From NCBI GenBank assembly GCA_951406725.2, contig OX597837.1, forward strand, positions 24,924,001-24,988,000: a stretch of DNA of 64,000 nt. Direction: 5' to 3'. Source of the stretch: Octopus vulgaris (taxonomy: Eukaryota). A model generated the notes under the pieces. It was not told the origin of the DNA, searched no databases, and saw only the letters and a list, made by a program, of their open reading frames with translations. Below, piece by piece: positions 1 through 11,236 of this stretch. The translations under genes and the position numbers were made by a program. Numbering within the stretch: the stretch's first letter is position 1; each line of letters begins with the position of its first letter.

Positions 1-83
1 TATTCCTGCTAACACCATGTTCCGTAACTTGTTGGGGTTGTCTTCACTTAAACTACTTGTATTCCTACTCGTACTTTCATTTT
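1..83 (-). CDS. MTX1: Metaxin-1/3-like protein, coding exon 8 (partial, runs off window; start of C-terminal membrane anchor)
   Basis: cag acceptor at 84-86; (E)NESTSRNTSSLSEDNPNKLRNMVLAGI, resembling the E.P.R.RN.IL segment before the metaxin TM helix; frame continuous with exon 7. Confidence 0.85.
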
Positions 84-213
84 CTGTGATGCCAAAAAAA
101 AACAAAAAAATATTAATAAATAAAAGGGTGAAGAAGAAACAATTTAATTACATTTCAATCAAAACAAGAAACGTTTTGTACATTTGTCATTAATTGATAA
201 TTGTTACAGTATC

Positions 214-624
214 TGTGAGGTATATTTGCCATCTCAATATGGCTAACCACTAAGGGTGGGTGTTACTGTAGATTGTAGCCCCAGGAAGGTGGCTATAGCC
301 AGCTGGAGACAATGCTCCCCTGGGGCTTGGAGACGATGCTCTCCTGGGGCTTGGAGACGATGCTCTCCTGGGGCTTGGAGACGATGATCTCCTGGGGCTT
401 GGAGACGATGCTCTCCTGGGGCTTGGGGACGATGCTCTCCTGGGCCTTGGAGACGATGCTCTCCTGGGACTTGGAGACGATGCTCTCCTGGGACTTGGAG
501 ACAATGCTCTCCTGGGACTACAAGCTACAGTAACACCCACCCTTAGTTGTTAGCCATATTGAGATGGCAAATATACCTCACATTGTCGTGCAGTTACTGT
601 TTATACCTCGTTCAGAGATTCATT
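214..624. mobile_element. Fold-back insertion with about 70-bp inverted arms enclosing a 24-bp minisatellite
   Basis: Arms near 214-290 and 510-582; about 9 copies of GAGACGATGCTCTCCTGGGGCTTG; 14-bp direct repeat ATTGTTACAGTATC at 200-213 and 625-638. Confidence 0.75.
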
Positions 625-1475
625 ATTGTTACAGTATCATATTCTGTAAATATACAGATGTGTGCAATGTGGGTGGGGTGTTTGTGTGTGCATCCATGTG
701 TGAGTGTGTGTGTAGGTGTGTGTGTGTGTGTTAGGTGCAGACATGGCTGTGTGTTAAGAACTTTGCTTTGCACTTTCGGTGAAAGCCTTCTATCAGCCTT
801 CAGCTGACCAATGCCTTCTGAATGTAATTGGAAGGTGGAAACTGTGAAGAATCCTGTTGTGTGTGTATATGTGTATATGTAAGAATGTGCATGAGCATTA
901 GCCAACATCAGTCAACTGAGCAGCTCTCTCTGATGAAACATATGGAAATACACAAAACTAAACATTTAGTCTCAGAGGTTCTCAAATTTGGTCATGGGGA
1001 AATTTCTTCCCCAGTCAGCGTATGTATATACATTTACATTCTTCCTACAACACAAGGAGTATTTTACTTCTATGTTTAGCAATATAGGTGTCTAGGCACC
1101 CTAATTGCATTTAGCGACGATTATATCTATATCTGTAGATATATATATATATGGGCATGGCTGTGTGGTTAGGGAGCTTTCTTCCTAGCTACATGGTTTC
1201 GGGTTCAGTCCCACTGCATGGCACTTTGGGCAGGTGTCTTCTACTATAGCCCCGAACCGACCGAAGCTTTGTGATTGAATTCAGTAGGTGGAAGTTACTG
1301 CTGTGTGTGTATGTGTGCGTGTAGGTGCTCAGTGCCTCTCCAAAAGAGAGAGACGGTAACTATTTCCCCTCGTCTCTCACCTCTCATCACCAAATCGAAC
1401 TCTGTAACTAATCATTTGCTTTGATGTTGAGAATCTTATACTTTATAGTTTGTTTATTAATACTGCTAAACTACC

Positions 1476-1910
1476 AAGGCGGCGAACTGGCAGAAACATT
1501 AGCACGCCGGGCGAAATGCTTAGTGGTACTTTGTCTGTCTTTATGTTCTGAGTTCAATTTCTGCTGAGGTCGACTTTGCCTTTCATCCTTTCAGGGTCGA
1601 TAAATTAAGTACCAGTTACGCACTGGGGGTCGATGTAATCGACTTAATACCTATGTCTGTCCTTGTTTGTCCTCTCTATGTTTAGCCCCTTGTGGGTAAT
1701 AAAGAAATAAGAAACATTAGCACGCCAGGCAAAATGCTTAGTGGTACTTCATCTGTCTTTACGTTCTGAGTTCAATTTCTGCTGAGGTCGACTTTGCCTT
1801 TCATCCTTTTGGGGGTCAATAAATTAAGTACCAGTTGCGTACTGAGGTCGATCCAATCGACTGGCCCCATCTCCGAAAATGTCGGGCCTTGTGCCTAGAG
1901 TAGAAAAGAA
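1476..1910 (+). mobile_element. tRNA-derived SINE (Meta-like central domain), nested or tandem pair
   Basis: ggcggcga(g/a)ctggcagaa head with A/B-box-like motifs and GTCGACTTTGCCTTTCATCCTTT core; other copies near 4222, 13900, 17475, 23190, 29320, 37415, 39050, 39620, 43945, 45478, 57400. Confidence 0.8.
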
Positions 1911-2284
1911 TAATGCTAGACTACTGCTTGGAAAGTTACTAGACAAGGGTGTGCAATTCTGAAGAGCTCCTATTGCCTTCAAACTGATAGATTAACTGAC
2001 CAAAAATTTGGAAATATAAATCTCATTTTTTTTATAAGACACCTATGTGATAATTCATATCTCAATCTAAGTGATTACTGTTTAAATTATAAAGTATTTG
2101 CAGTACAATTACTGGGGGCTTTTTGCTTATGTAAGAAATTAATATTTTAAATGTTTCATAAGCATATATGCCTGAATGATACAATTTGTCTCCCCTGTGA
2201 AGTACATCAGGTTAGTACTGACAAAATTGGCAAGCATTGGACAAAATGCATGCAGTATCTAGTTAAATCTGTTAAATCTAGTTA

Positions 2285-2630
2285 AATCTTCAAACTCCAC
2301 CCATCTAACACCCGTGGACATATTTACAAAGTAAGAAAACAGCACAGCTCCCATGACTTCAGGAAACATTTTTTCACGCTGAGAGTTGCTGAAGCGTGGA
2401 ACAAACTGCCGGCATCAGTTGTTAGTTGTCAGAGCACTGCATCCTTCAAAACTTCCATGCTCTCTGAGATTCGCCATTACTACACTTGATTTTCTCCCCT
2501 CCATACACACACAAGCATGTTCACTTTCCAGACATTTCTACATTACTGCATGTACTTTATATGCACTTTCTGACAAGTTGTGGTGCACCTGAGCACTGTA
2601 TACAATAATTTCATTATTATTATTATTATT
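2285..2630 (+). mobile_element. CR1/L2-group LINE 3' end
   Basis: Translates to ..HDFRKHFFTLRVAEAWNKLPASVV..SFK (R..FF..RV...WN.LP motif) and ends in an (ATT)n tail. Confidence 0.8.
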
Positions 2631-2821
2631 AAGTTCTGAGTTTGAACCCCATCAGCCAACTTCATCTTTCATCTGATTGCGATTGATAAAATAAAATATG
2701 AACCAAGCACTGGGATTGGTTTTAATATTCCAGTAAAACATCCAAGATGTGAGAATGGGATCATAAAACTAAGAAGACTAAAAGACAATGTGGCTCCTGA
2801 AAGTCATTTAAGATGAAGATC

Positions 2822-3066
2822 TGTGCCAGTGGCACGTAAAAAGCACCATCCGATCGTGGCCGTTTGCCAGCCTCGCCTGGCACGTAAAAAGCACCCACTA
2901 CACTCATGGAGTGGTTGGCGTTAGGAAGGGCATCAAGCTGTAGAAACATTGCCAGATCAGACTGGGCCTGGTGCAGTCTCCTGGCTTCCCAGACCCCAGT
3001 TGAACCCTCCAACTCATGCCAGCATGGAAAGCGGATGCTAAACGATGATGATGATGATGATGATGA
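2822..3066 (+). mobile_element. RTE LINE 3' tail (5'-truncated copy)
   Basis: Matches the 3' UTR of the RTE fragment at 10010-11236; (GAT)n tail. About 20 copies in the window on both strands. Confidence 0.8.
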
Positions 3067-3144
3067 TTGGTGGAGGGGAGGTCTGGGAGTTACGATTTTT
3101 AGAAGTTAAATGAAACAAAAAAAGGTTAAGGAAAATAATCTCAC

Positions 3145-3302
3145 CTTGAAGGCTCTGAGGAAAATAATCATGTAAGATTCGCTTGCAAAAATCTGTCAGT
3201 TTTGTACACGCAAGCAAATGGTTCTGCAATTGATTGCTGCTCAGTGGAGCTTTCATCATAGGAGCCAAGTAACCAAAGACTACGGCATCAAATAAGGATG
3301 GT
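3145..3302 (-). CDS. MTX1: Metaxin-1/3-like protein, coding exon 7
   Basis: (R)PSLFDAVVFGYLAPMMKAPLSSNQLQNHLLACTKLTDFCKRILHDYFPQSLQ; aag acceptor, GTGAG donor; phases consistent. Confidence 0.93.
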
Positions 3303-3423
3303 CTTGAAAAGAGAGAATTTACAAAGATGCTGTTTAGTAACAAATTGGTTCAACCCGCGTCATGCATGGAAAACAGATGTTAAACGATAATGATGATTGT
3401 TTATAAGAAATATATAAAAGATA

Positions 3424-3565
3424 TAAGGTTGTCCCAAAAGTTTGTAGAAAGTCTTGGAAAATAATGGTCTTTATTTTGAGGAATAATTTTTGTTGTTTTT
3501 GTTAGTACTTGGCGAGTAAAAATTCAATTTTCACAAGTGTTTACGAACTTTTGGGACAACCTAAT
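3424..3565. mobile_element. Tc1/mariner-type MITE
   Basis: Inverted termini AGGTTGTCCCAAAAGTT / AACTTTTGGGACAACCT in TA-rich flanks. Confidence 0.65.
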
Positions 3566-3683
3566 AATACAAAAATACACCAACCAGAAGATAAAACAAT
3601 ATTACTTGTGTTATAATTAATAGTTTTAATCCAATTAACATGAGTAATGTAAAGTTGCCTTTTTAGCATAAAATTCTTGTTAA

Positions 3684-4200
3684 TCCTTTTGTTACCAACC
3701 CGGCTGAAACTGGCTCTAGCTCTGAGTACAAATGTCTTGTTTTCATAAGTTTCGAATTAGAATCTTCCACCAAACCTTAGTCACAGTTTATGTTCCTAAC
3801 ACTAGCTGAATGATAACTAAGTTATTTTACTAAATTCTTTGTTATATTTAAAATTAATTGAAAGAAACACAGAGTCTCTCAATAGAAACATGGTAACAAA
3901 AGTGTTAAAACAGATGTAAAAATGAATGATACATAAGTATCAAGACACCTTGGGCCACTGCTAGTTCTTCCCGTCTTAACCATTTTGATACCAACCCACC
4001 TGAAACCACTTCTGGCTCTGTAGTACAAATGTCTTGTTTTCATAAGTTTCGAATTAGAATCTTCCACCAAACCTTAGTCACAATTTATGTTCCTAACACT
4101 AGCTGAATGATAACTAAGTTATTTTACTAAATTCTTTGTTATATTTAAAGTAATTGAAAGAAACACAGAGCATCTCAAAATAAATACAGTAATGAAAAGG
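3684..4200 (+). mobile_element. Composite piggyBac-like MITE dimer, copy 1
   Basis: TTAA flanks; two related units of about 220 bp separated by a 67-bp TTAA-bounded spacer. Confidence 0.8.
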
Positions 4201-4930
4201 TTAATGTTAACCATGAAATAAAGGCAGCAACTTGGCAAAATGCTTAGTAATATTTTGTCAATCTTTATGCTCTGAGTTCAAATTCCACTGCAGTCGATTT
4301 TGCCTTTCATCCTTTCAGGACCAATAAAACAAGTACCAGAAGGGTGGAAGACTGGCAGAATTGTTAGCACGCCGGGCGAAATGCTTAACAGTATTTCATC
4401 TGCCATTATGTTCTGAGTTCAAGTTCTGCCAAGGTCGACTTTGCCTTTCATCCTTTTGGGGTTGATTAAATAAGTACCAGTTATGCACTGGGGTCGATGT
4501 AATCGACTTAATCCCTTTGTTTGTCCTTGCTTGTCCCCTCTATGTTTAGGCTTCTGTGGGCAATAAATAAATAAATAAAATAAGTACCAGTTAAGCACTA
4601 GGGATGATGCATTTGACTAACTCCCTTCCTTGAAATTACTGGCCTTGTGCCAAAATTTGAAACCAATATTAATCATGAAATAGAAATGGAACCAGTTAAC
4701 AGAGCAAACAGGTTGAGTCAAAGAGAGGTTCTTTGTTTATTGCTTAGTCAAGAGGGATGAGTAGTACTCATAACCTTTTATAGAACCTACAAGAATGGCA
4801 GGAAGGAGACAAATATCTTTAACTGGAGATTTGACCTCAATACTTGCATCAGAATGGACTCTGCTAAAGGCACCCAAAGATTGGGTGGTGGCAGAAAACT
4901 GGGAGAGAGATTAAGTCAACCATCCAAGTA

Positions 4931-5096
4931 GGCGCAGGAGTGGCTGTGTGGTAAGTAGCTTGCTAACCAACCACATGGTCCCGAGTTCAGTCCCACTGCG
5001 TGGCATCTTGGGCAAGCGTCTTCTGCTATAGCCCCGGGCCGACCAATGCCTTGTGAGTGGATCTGGTAGACGGAAACTGAAAAGAAGCCTGTCGTA

Positions 5097-5153
<57 letters not shown>

Positions 5154-5358
5154 GTGTGTTTGTGTGTCTGTGTTTGTCCCCCTAGCATTGCTTGACAACC
5201 GATGCTGGTGTGTTTACGTCCTCGTCACTTAGCGATAGAATAAGTACTAGGCTTACAAAGAATAAGTCCTGGGTTCGATTTGCTTGACTAAAGGCGGTGC
5301 TCCAGCATGGCCACAGTCAAATTACTGAAACAAGTAAAAGAGTAAAAGAGTAAAGAGA
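4931..5358 (+). mobile_element. tRNA-derived SINE (Nin/Deu-like domain) with internal (TA)n
   Basis: Head ggcgcaggagtggctgtgtggtaag...gttcagtccc, domain GCCTTGTGAGTGGAT.TGGTAGACGGAAACTG, tail ..ctccagcatggccacagtc..gaaacaagtaaaagag. Copies near 6240, 17970, 32815, 41985, 44780, 49855, 56775, 58710, 60020, 60987. Confidence 0.85.
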
Positions 5359-5598
5359 GGTGACAGTAGAATTTGAAATCAGAACAAAAGGGCCCGGAAC
5401 TAATAGCACAAAATAGCCATCTGATCCTAATGTTTCCATCATTCCACTATCCTAGCTTGGAATGTGTTGAATTCCAGCATCCAATATGCCTGGCTTTCTC
5501 CATCAGTTACAACGAATGTTCCAGTTGACACAACAGAACAGCCTGCTCATAAAATTAACATGCATGTGGCTGTACTCCACAGACACAAGTACCTTTAA

Positions 5599-5964
5599 CC
5601 CTTTAGCATTTAAACTGGCCATATCCGGCCAAAAGTATTCTGCCTGTTTTATGTTCAAACTGGCCAGATCTGGTCTCTCACACCAACCCTACAATATCGT
5701 TTTAAAAATTAACAGCTACCTCATCAAAATCTCATAGCTACAAGATAATGCATTTAAACTGGCCATATCCAGCCAAAAGTATTCTGCCTGTTTTATGTTC
5801 AAACTGGCCAGATCTGGTCTCTCACACCAGCCCTACAATATCGTTTTAAAAATTAACAGCTACCTCATCAAAATCTCATAGCTACAAGATTAATGAATGA
5901 TTAGTTCAAGGTAATGTTGATAAAAAAGGATTAATTTTGGCAGAATAATGTGAACACTAAAGGG
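5599..5964 (+). mobile_element. piggyBac-like MITE with 144-bp internal duplication, nested in a SINE
   Basis: TTAA-CCCTTTAG ... CTAAAGGG-TTAA; the host SINE resumes on both sides. Confidence 0.85.
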
Positions 5965-6239
5965 TTAACATAGTTCTCAGGGAGATTCAATGTGACAGAG
6001 AATGTGACAAAGCTGGCCCTTTTGAAATAGAGATACTATTTATTTTTGCCAGCTAAGTTTACTGAAGCAATGAGAAATAAAGTGTCTTGCTCAAGGACAC
6101 AACATGCTGCCAGGGATTGAACTCATTACCTTATGATAGTGCTGAATACCCATAGACCCTAAGCTACGCACCTTCAAGACAAGGAAATTAGATTACTATA
6201 GTGAATATTTTAGTATTTTAACTTGTGTCTTCGAGCCTC

Positions 6240-6627
6240 TCTCTTTCACTTGTTTCAGTCATTTGACTGTGGCCATGCTGGAGCACCGCCTTTAATCGAG
6301 CAACTCGACCCCGGAACTTATTCTTTTGTAAGCCCAGTACTTATTCTATCAGTCTCTTTTTGCCGAACCGCTAAGTAACGGGGGACATAAACACACCAGC
6401 ATCGGTTGTCAAGCAATGCTAGGGGGACAAACACAGACACACAAACACATACATGCATATATACATATATACGACAGGCTTCTTTCAGTTTCCTTCTACC
6501 AAATCCACTCACAAGGCTTTGGTCGGCCCGAGGCTATAGTAGAAACACTTGCCCAAGGTGCCACACAGTGGGACTGAACCCGGAACCATGTGGTTGGTAA
6601 ACAAGCTACTTACCACACAGCCACTCC
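6240..6627 (-). mobile_element. tRNA-derived SINE (Nin/Deu-like), inverted relative to 4931-5358
   Basis: Reverse complement of the 4931 family. Confidence 0.85.
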
Positions 6628-7070
6628 GAATAACTTTAAATAATTTTACGCAGCAATAAAAGCTCATGAATATATAAAAGACATCAAAGTCATGGGGCTT
6701 TTCTCAATTAATCATATAAGGGAAACAGCTACAAACAGGAAACCATAATGGGTCAAAGTGTTTCAGAAAAGTTTCCCTTCTACTGAGATAAACTAGAATT
6801 AGTCACCAAAGTATTGTAGATTTGGATCCTTGATCAAACAGAACAAAAAAAAAAACTGGTTTTTTATGAGTGGATGCATAACAGATAATACCTACAAATC
6901 CAGAAACTTAAAGACTCATGATAAATCAGTAAATATTGTTTCTAAGTGGAGAATGGCATAAAAATGCCAAAATAAGAGACTACAGAGTACAAGGAATTCT
7001 TTCTCAATATCATATAAGCAATTACATTTGACTGAATCAGAAGTGACAGAATAAAAGAAAATAAAACTAC

Positions 7071-7147
7071 CTTTCTCCAAAAAAATAACGATTGTTCCCC
7101 AATTTCTTTTCCAATAAATTGAGACAAAATTTTGCTTCTCTGTAAAT
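7071..7147 (-). CDS. MTX1: Metaxin-1/3-like protein, coding exon 6
   Basis: IYREAKFCLNLLEKKLGNNRYFFGE(R); GST-C-like LY.EA..CL.LL...LG...FFG motif; ends phase 2. Confidence 0.93.
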
Positions 7148-7399
7148 CTAAAACAGACGGAAAAATACTTCTTAAAAGCAGAGAATATTTTGAAGATGGC
7201 TTATTATAATCAATATGAATTATATTTTATTAGACTTAACATTTAACATTTTAAAAAATTGCTGTAAATAAATTCAAAAATTTTAAAAAAAGGAATGTGT
7301 TCAGCAGTAGGAAAATCCTTTTAATTTTCATTTGAGTACATGTTAGCTAAAGTCAAACTATGTCTAGTTATAGACAACACAGAATATAATAAGAGAAGA

Positions 7400-7690
7400 A
7401 TGAATTTATTGTTTACAGTGCTCAGGTGAACAAACAGTGACTAAGTCCTTAAGAAAAATAGAAAAAAAAAAGTGGTGGGGCATCAGGTGTATTGTTGGTG
7501 GATTTCAGGAAGCACGGAAGTTTTGAAGGATGTAGTGTCTTCACAGCTAACAACTGATGGAGGTAATTTATTCCATGCTTCAGGAATTCTGAGCATGGAA
7601 AAGCATCGGAAAATGTCATGGGTGCTGTATTGTTTTTTGATTTTGAACACTTGTCCATGAGTGTTAGACATATAGATTTCAAAATGTTGC
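7400..7690 (-). mobile_element. CR1/L2-group LINE 3' end
   Basis: HGQVFKIKKQYSTHDIFRCFSMLRIPEAWNKLPPSVVS; same family as 2285-2630. Confidence 0.75.
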
Positions 7691-8091
7691 CTAAAATTGT
7701 TGTTGATGAATAATCTTGTGGGTGTCTACAGTAGGAGCACTCCGTCGGTTACGACGACGAGGGTCCCAGCTGATACGATCAAGAGAACAGTTTGCTTGTG
7801 AAATTAACGTGCAAGTGGCTGAGCACTCCACAGACACGTGTACTCCTAACGTAGTTCACAGGGAGATTCAGCGTGACAAGGCCGGCCCTTTGATATACAG
7901 GTACAACTCATTTTTGCCAGCTGAGTGGACTGGAGCAACGTGAAATAAAGTGTCTTGCTCAAGGACACAATGCGTCGTCTGGAATTGAACTCACGACCTT
8001 ACAATCATGAGCCGAATGCCCCTAACCACTAAACCACACGCCTTCACAACTACACACATAAATGCATAATCCTAAATAATTATCACAGAAG

Positions 8092-8210
8092 ATTTATGGC
8101 CATATCACTTTGAAAACACCGGTTCTCGTCCGATCACCAAAGTTAAGCAAAGTCAAGCCTAGTTAGTACTTAAATGGATGACCGCTTGGGAAACCTAGGT
8201 GCTGTAAGCG
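8092..8210 (+). pseudogene. 5S rRNA-derived sequence (probable retropseudogene or SINE head)
   Basis: 119 nt reading ..GGCCATATCACTTTGAAAACACCGGTTCTCGTCCGATCACC..GTTAAGC..GTTAGTACTT..ATGG.TGACCGCTTGGGAA..GGTGCTGTAAGC, clearly 5S rRNA with several transitions; single copy, fused to a retroposon tail. Confidence 0.9.
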
Positions 8211-8837
8211 TCTTTCTCTCTTAATGGCGGTGCCCCAGCATGGCCACAGCTCGTGAGCTGAAACTAGAAAGAATAAAAAAAATAAAATAAGATAAGATGA
8301 ACAAAGGAAAGAAGTCACACGATTTCAAAGGTTATTTTGAAAACATGTGATTTCAGGTCCAGTGTTACTGTTTGGCACCTCAGGCAAGTGTCTTCTGCTA
8401 TAGCCTCAAGCCAGCTAAAGGGTTAAAGTTAAATGGAGTGGGGTAGGGTGGAGATTGGTTTGGTAGATGTGTATATAGTAGCTAACAGGCATGTATAGTA
8501 GCTAACGAATGTATATAATAGCTTTGTGAGGGGAATTGGTGCAGGAGTCCAACGTGTGTGTGTGTGTGTGTATGTGTGTGTTCGTTTACATTGTGTGAAT
8601 AAATGTTGACTCTGTGTCTTTATGAACACAAAACAGCGACATTCTCTGGTAAACATATGTCCCATGGATCTGAAGACATGTGAAGAAGACCAGTAGGATG
8701 GAAAATACATCACTTGAAAGATAAATGGGGAGAGGCTACAAGAGTGCCCAGCTATAGAAAAGAAAATCTACCTCAATAACTCTAGTGTAAACCATGCCAG
8801 CATGGAAAAAGGACATAATGCATGCATGTATGTATGC

Positions 8838-8854
8838 ATGTGTGTGTGTGTATG

Positions 8855-8890
<36 letters not shown>

Positions 8891-8911
8891 TATATATATA
8901 TACACACACAC

Positions 8912-8986
<75 letters not shown>

Positions 8987-9065
8987 TATATACACACACA
9001 CACACACACATATATATACACACACACACATATATATATATATACACACACACATATATATATAT

Positions 9066-9098
<33 letters not shown>

Positions 9099-9453
9099 CA
9101 TACATACATATATATATATACACACACACATATATATATACACACACACATATACATACACACACACATATATATACACACACACATATATATATACACA
9201 CACACATATATATACACACACATATATATATATACACACACACATATATATATACACACACATATATATATACACACACACACATATATATATATACACA
9301 CACACATATATATATACACACACACATATATATATACACACACATATATATATATACACACACATATATATATACACACACACACACATATATATATACA
9401 CACACACACACATATATACACACACACACACACATATATATACACACACACAC

Positions 9454-9494
<41 letters not shown>

Positions 9495-9673
9495 CACACA
9501 CACACACACATATATACACACACACATATATACACACACACATATATATATACACACACACACACACATATATACACACACATACACATATATATACGCA
9601 CACACACATATATACACACACATATATATATATATACGCACACACACACATATATACACACACATATATATAT

Positions 9674-9713
<40 letters not shown>

Positions 9714-9717
9714 GCAT
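8838..9717. repeat. Compound (TA)n/(CA)n microsatellite, about 880 bp
   Basis: Directly visible; explains the six long low-complexity ORFs here. Confidence 0.97.
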
Positions 9718-9957
9718 ATATGCTTTATTTAAAAGCAGCAGAAATTCAACAAAACCTGTTACTCGGAGTTTCACGTTCCCGTTCGTCGGACAGTTTTGTT
9801 AAAATTTTAACAAAACTGTCTGATGAACGGGAACGTGAAACTCCAAGTAACAGGTTTTGTTGAATTTCTCCTGCTTTTAAAAAAAGCATATTACTCTACC
9901 CCTGGTATTTGAGTACTCTTTTTTTCCACCTTGTTTCACATTTATGTGTTTACTCCG

Positions 9958-9960
<3 letters not shown>
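9718..9960. mobile_element. Penelope-like element remnant: 174-bp palindrome plus tail
   Basis: Arms 9718-9804 and 9805-9891 with no loop; carries hammerhead motif; flanked by (TA)n. Confidence 0.65.
9811..9859 (+). ncRNA. Minimal type I hammerhead ribozyme-like motif
   Basis: Stem I caaaactgt/acaggttttg, core CTGATGA, stem II ACG-GGAA-CGT, GAAA, short stem III ACT-cca-AGT, cleavage triplet GTA. Confidence 0.65.
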
Positions 9961-10009
<49 letters not shown>

Positions 10010-10010
<1 letters not shown>

Positions 10011-11236
10011 ACTTCTGTCACTTTCCGGGGGAAAAACTAGAAGTAGTTGATAGCTTCCGCTATCTAGGTGACCAAGTCAGTAGTGGGGGTGGGTGCGCTG
10101 AAAGTGTAACTGCTAGAATAAGAATAGCCTGGGCAAAGTTTAGGGAGCTCTTACCTCTGCTGGTGACTAAAGGCCTCTCGCTCAGAGTAAAAGGCAGACT
10201 GTATGATGCATGTGTACGAACAGCTATGCTACATGGCAGTGAAACATGGGCCGTGACTGCTGAGGACATGCGTAAGCTCGTGAGGAACGTAGATGCTCCG
10301 ATGGATGTGTAATGTCAGTGTACTTACTCGACAGAGCGTTAGTACCTTGAGAGAAATGTTGTACCTAAGAAGCATCAGTTGTTGTGTGCAAGAGAGACGA
10401 TTGCGCTGGTATGGTCATGTGGCGAGAATGGATGAAGATAGGTGTGTGAGAAAGTGCCAATCCCTAGCAGTTGAGGGAACCCGTGGAAGAGGTAGACCCA
10501 GGAAAACCTGGGACGAGGTGGTGAAGCACGACCTTCGGACGTTAGGTCTCACCATGGAAATGACTAGAGACCGAGACCTATGGAAGTATGCTGTGCGTGA
10601 GAAGACCCGGCAAGACTAGTGAAGCCATAATCCGTGGCCCCTACCTGGGACGTAGTCAGTCCACCTGTGCATACCTTCCTTCTTGTGACACTTGTGAAGA
10701 CCTGTTGAGGCAAGTGAGAATCGAATCGTATCGAATCAAATCGAACCAAATCAAAATAGATGAACATCAATGGAATTTGTATCCTTGTGGTACCAGTGCC
10801 GGTGGCACATAAGAAAACCATCCGAACGTGACCGTAGCCAGTACCGCAATGACTGGCCTCCGTGCTGAGGGCACGTAACAAACACCATCCGAGCGTGGCC
10901 GTCCGCCAGCCTCGTCTGGCACCTGTGTCGGTGACACATAAGAAAACACCATCCGAGCGTGGCCGTCTGCCAGCCTCGTCTGGCACCTGTGTCGGTGGCA
11001 CATAAAAAACACCATCCGAGCGTGGCCGTCTGCCAGCCTCGTCTGGCACCTGTGTCGGTGGCACATAAAATCACCCACTACACTCTCGGAGTGGTTGGCG
11101 TTAGGAAGGGCATCCAGCTGTAGAAACACTGCCACATCTGACTGGCCTGGTGCAGCCTTCGGGCTTCCCAGACCCCAGTTGAACCGTCCAACCCATGCTA
11201 GCATGGAAAGCGGACGTTAAACGATGATGATGATGA
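10010..11236 (+). mobile_element. RTE-clade LINE, 5'-truncated, with RT thumb/C-terminal coding remnant and full 3' UTR
   Basis: EKLEVVDSFRYLG..RIRIAWAKFRELLPLL..LYDACVRTAMLHGSETW / RRLRWYGHVARM..RGRGRPRKTW; frameshift near 10290; stop at 10619; (GAT)n tail. Confidence 0.92.

Noticed and set aside
250-540. SPRR-repeat ORF resembling sperm basic proteins
   Set aside because: Translation of the 24-bp minisatellite inside a fold-back element in metaxin intron 7.
8092-8210. Functional 5S rRNA gene
   Set aside because: Solitary, several substitutions including the 5' end and internal control region, no clean T4 terminator, fused to a retroposon tail.
8736-9863. Six ORFs over 300 aa
   Set aside because: Translations of a (TA)n/(CA)n microsatellite that lacks stop codons.
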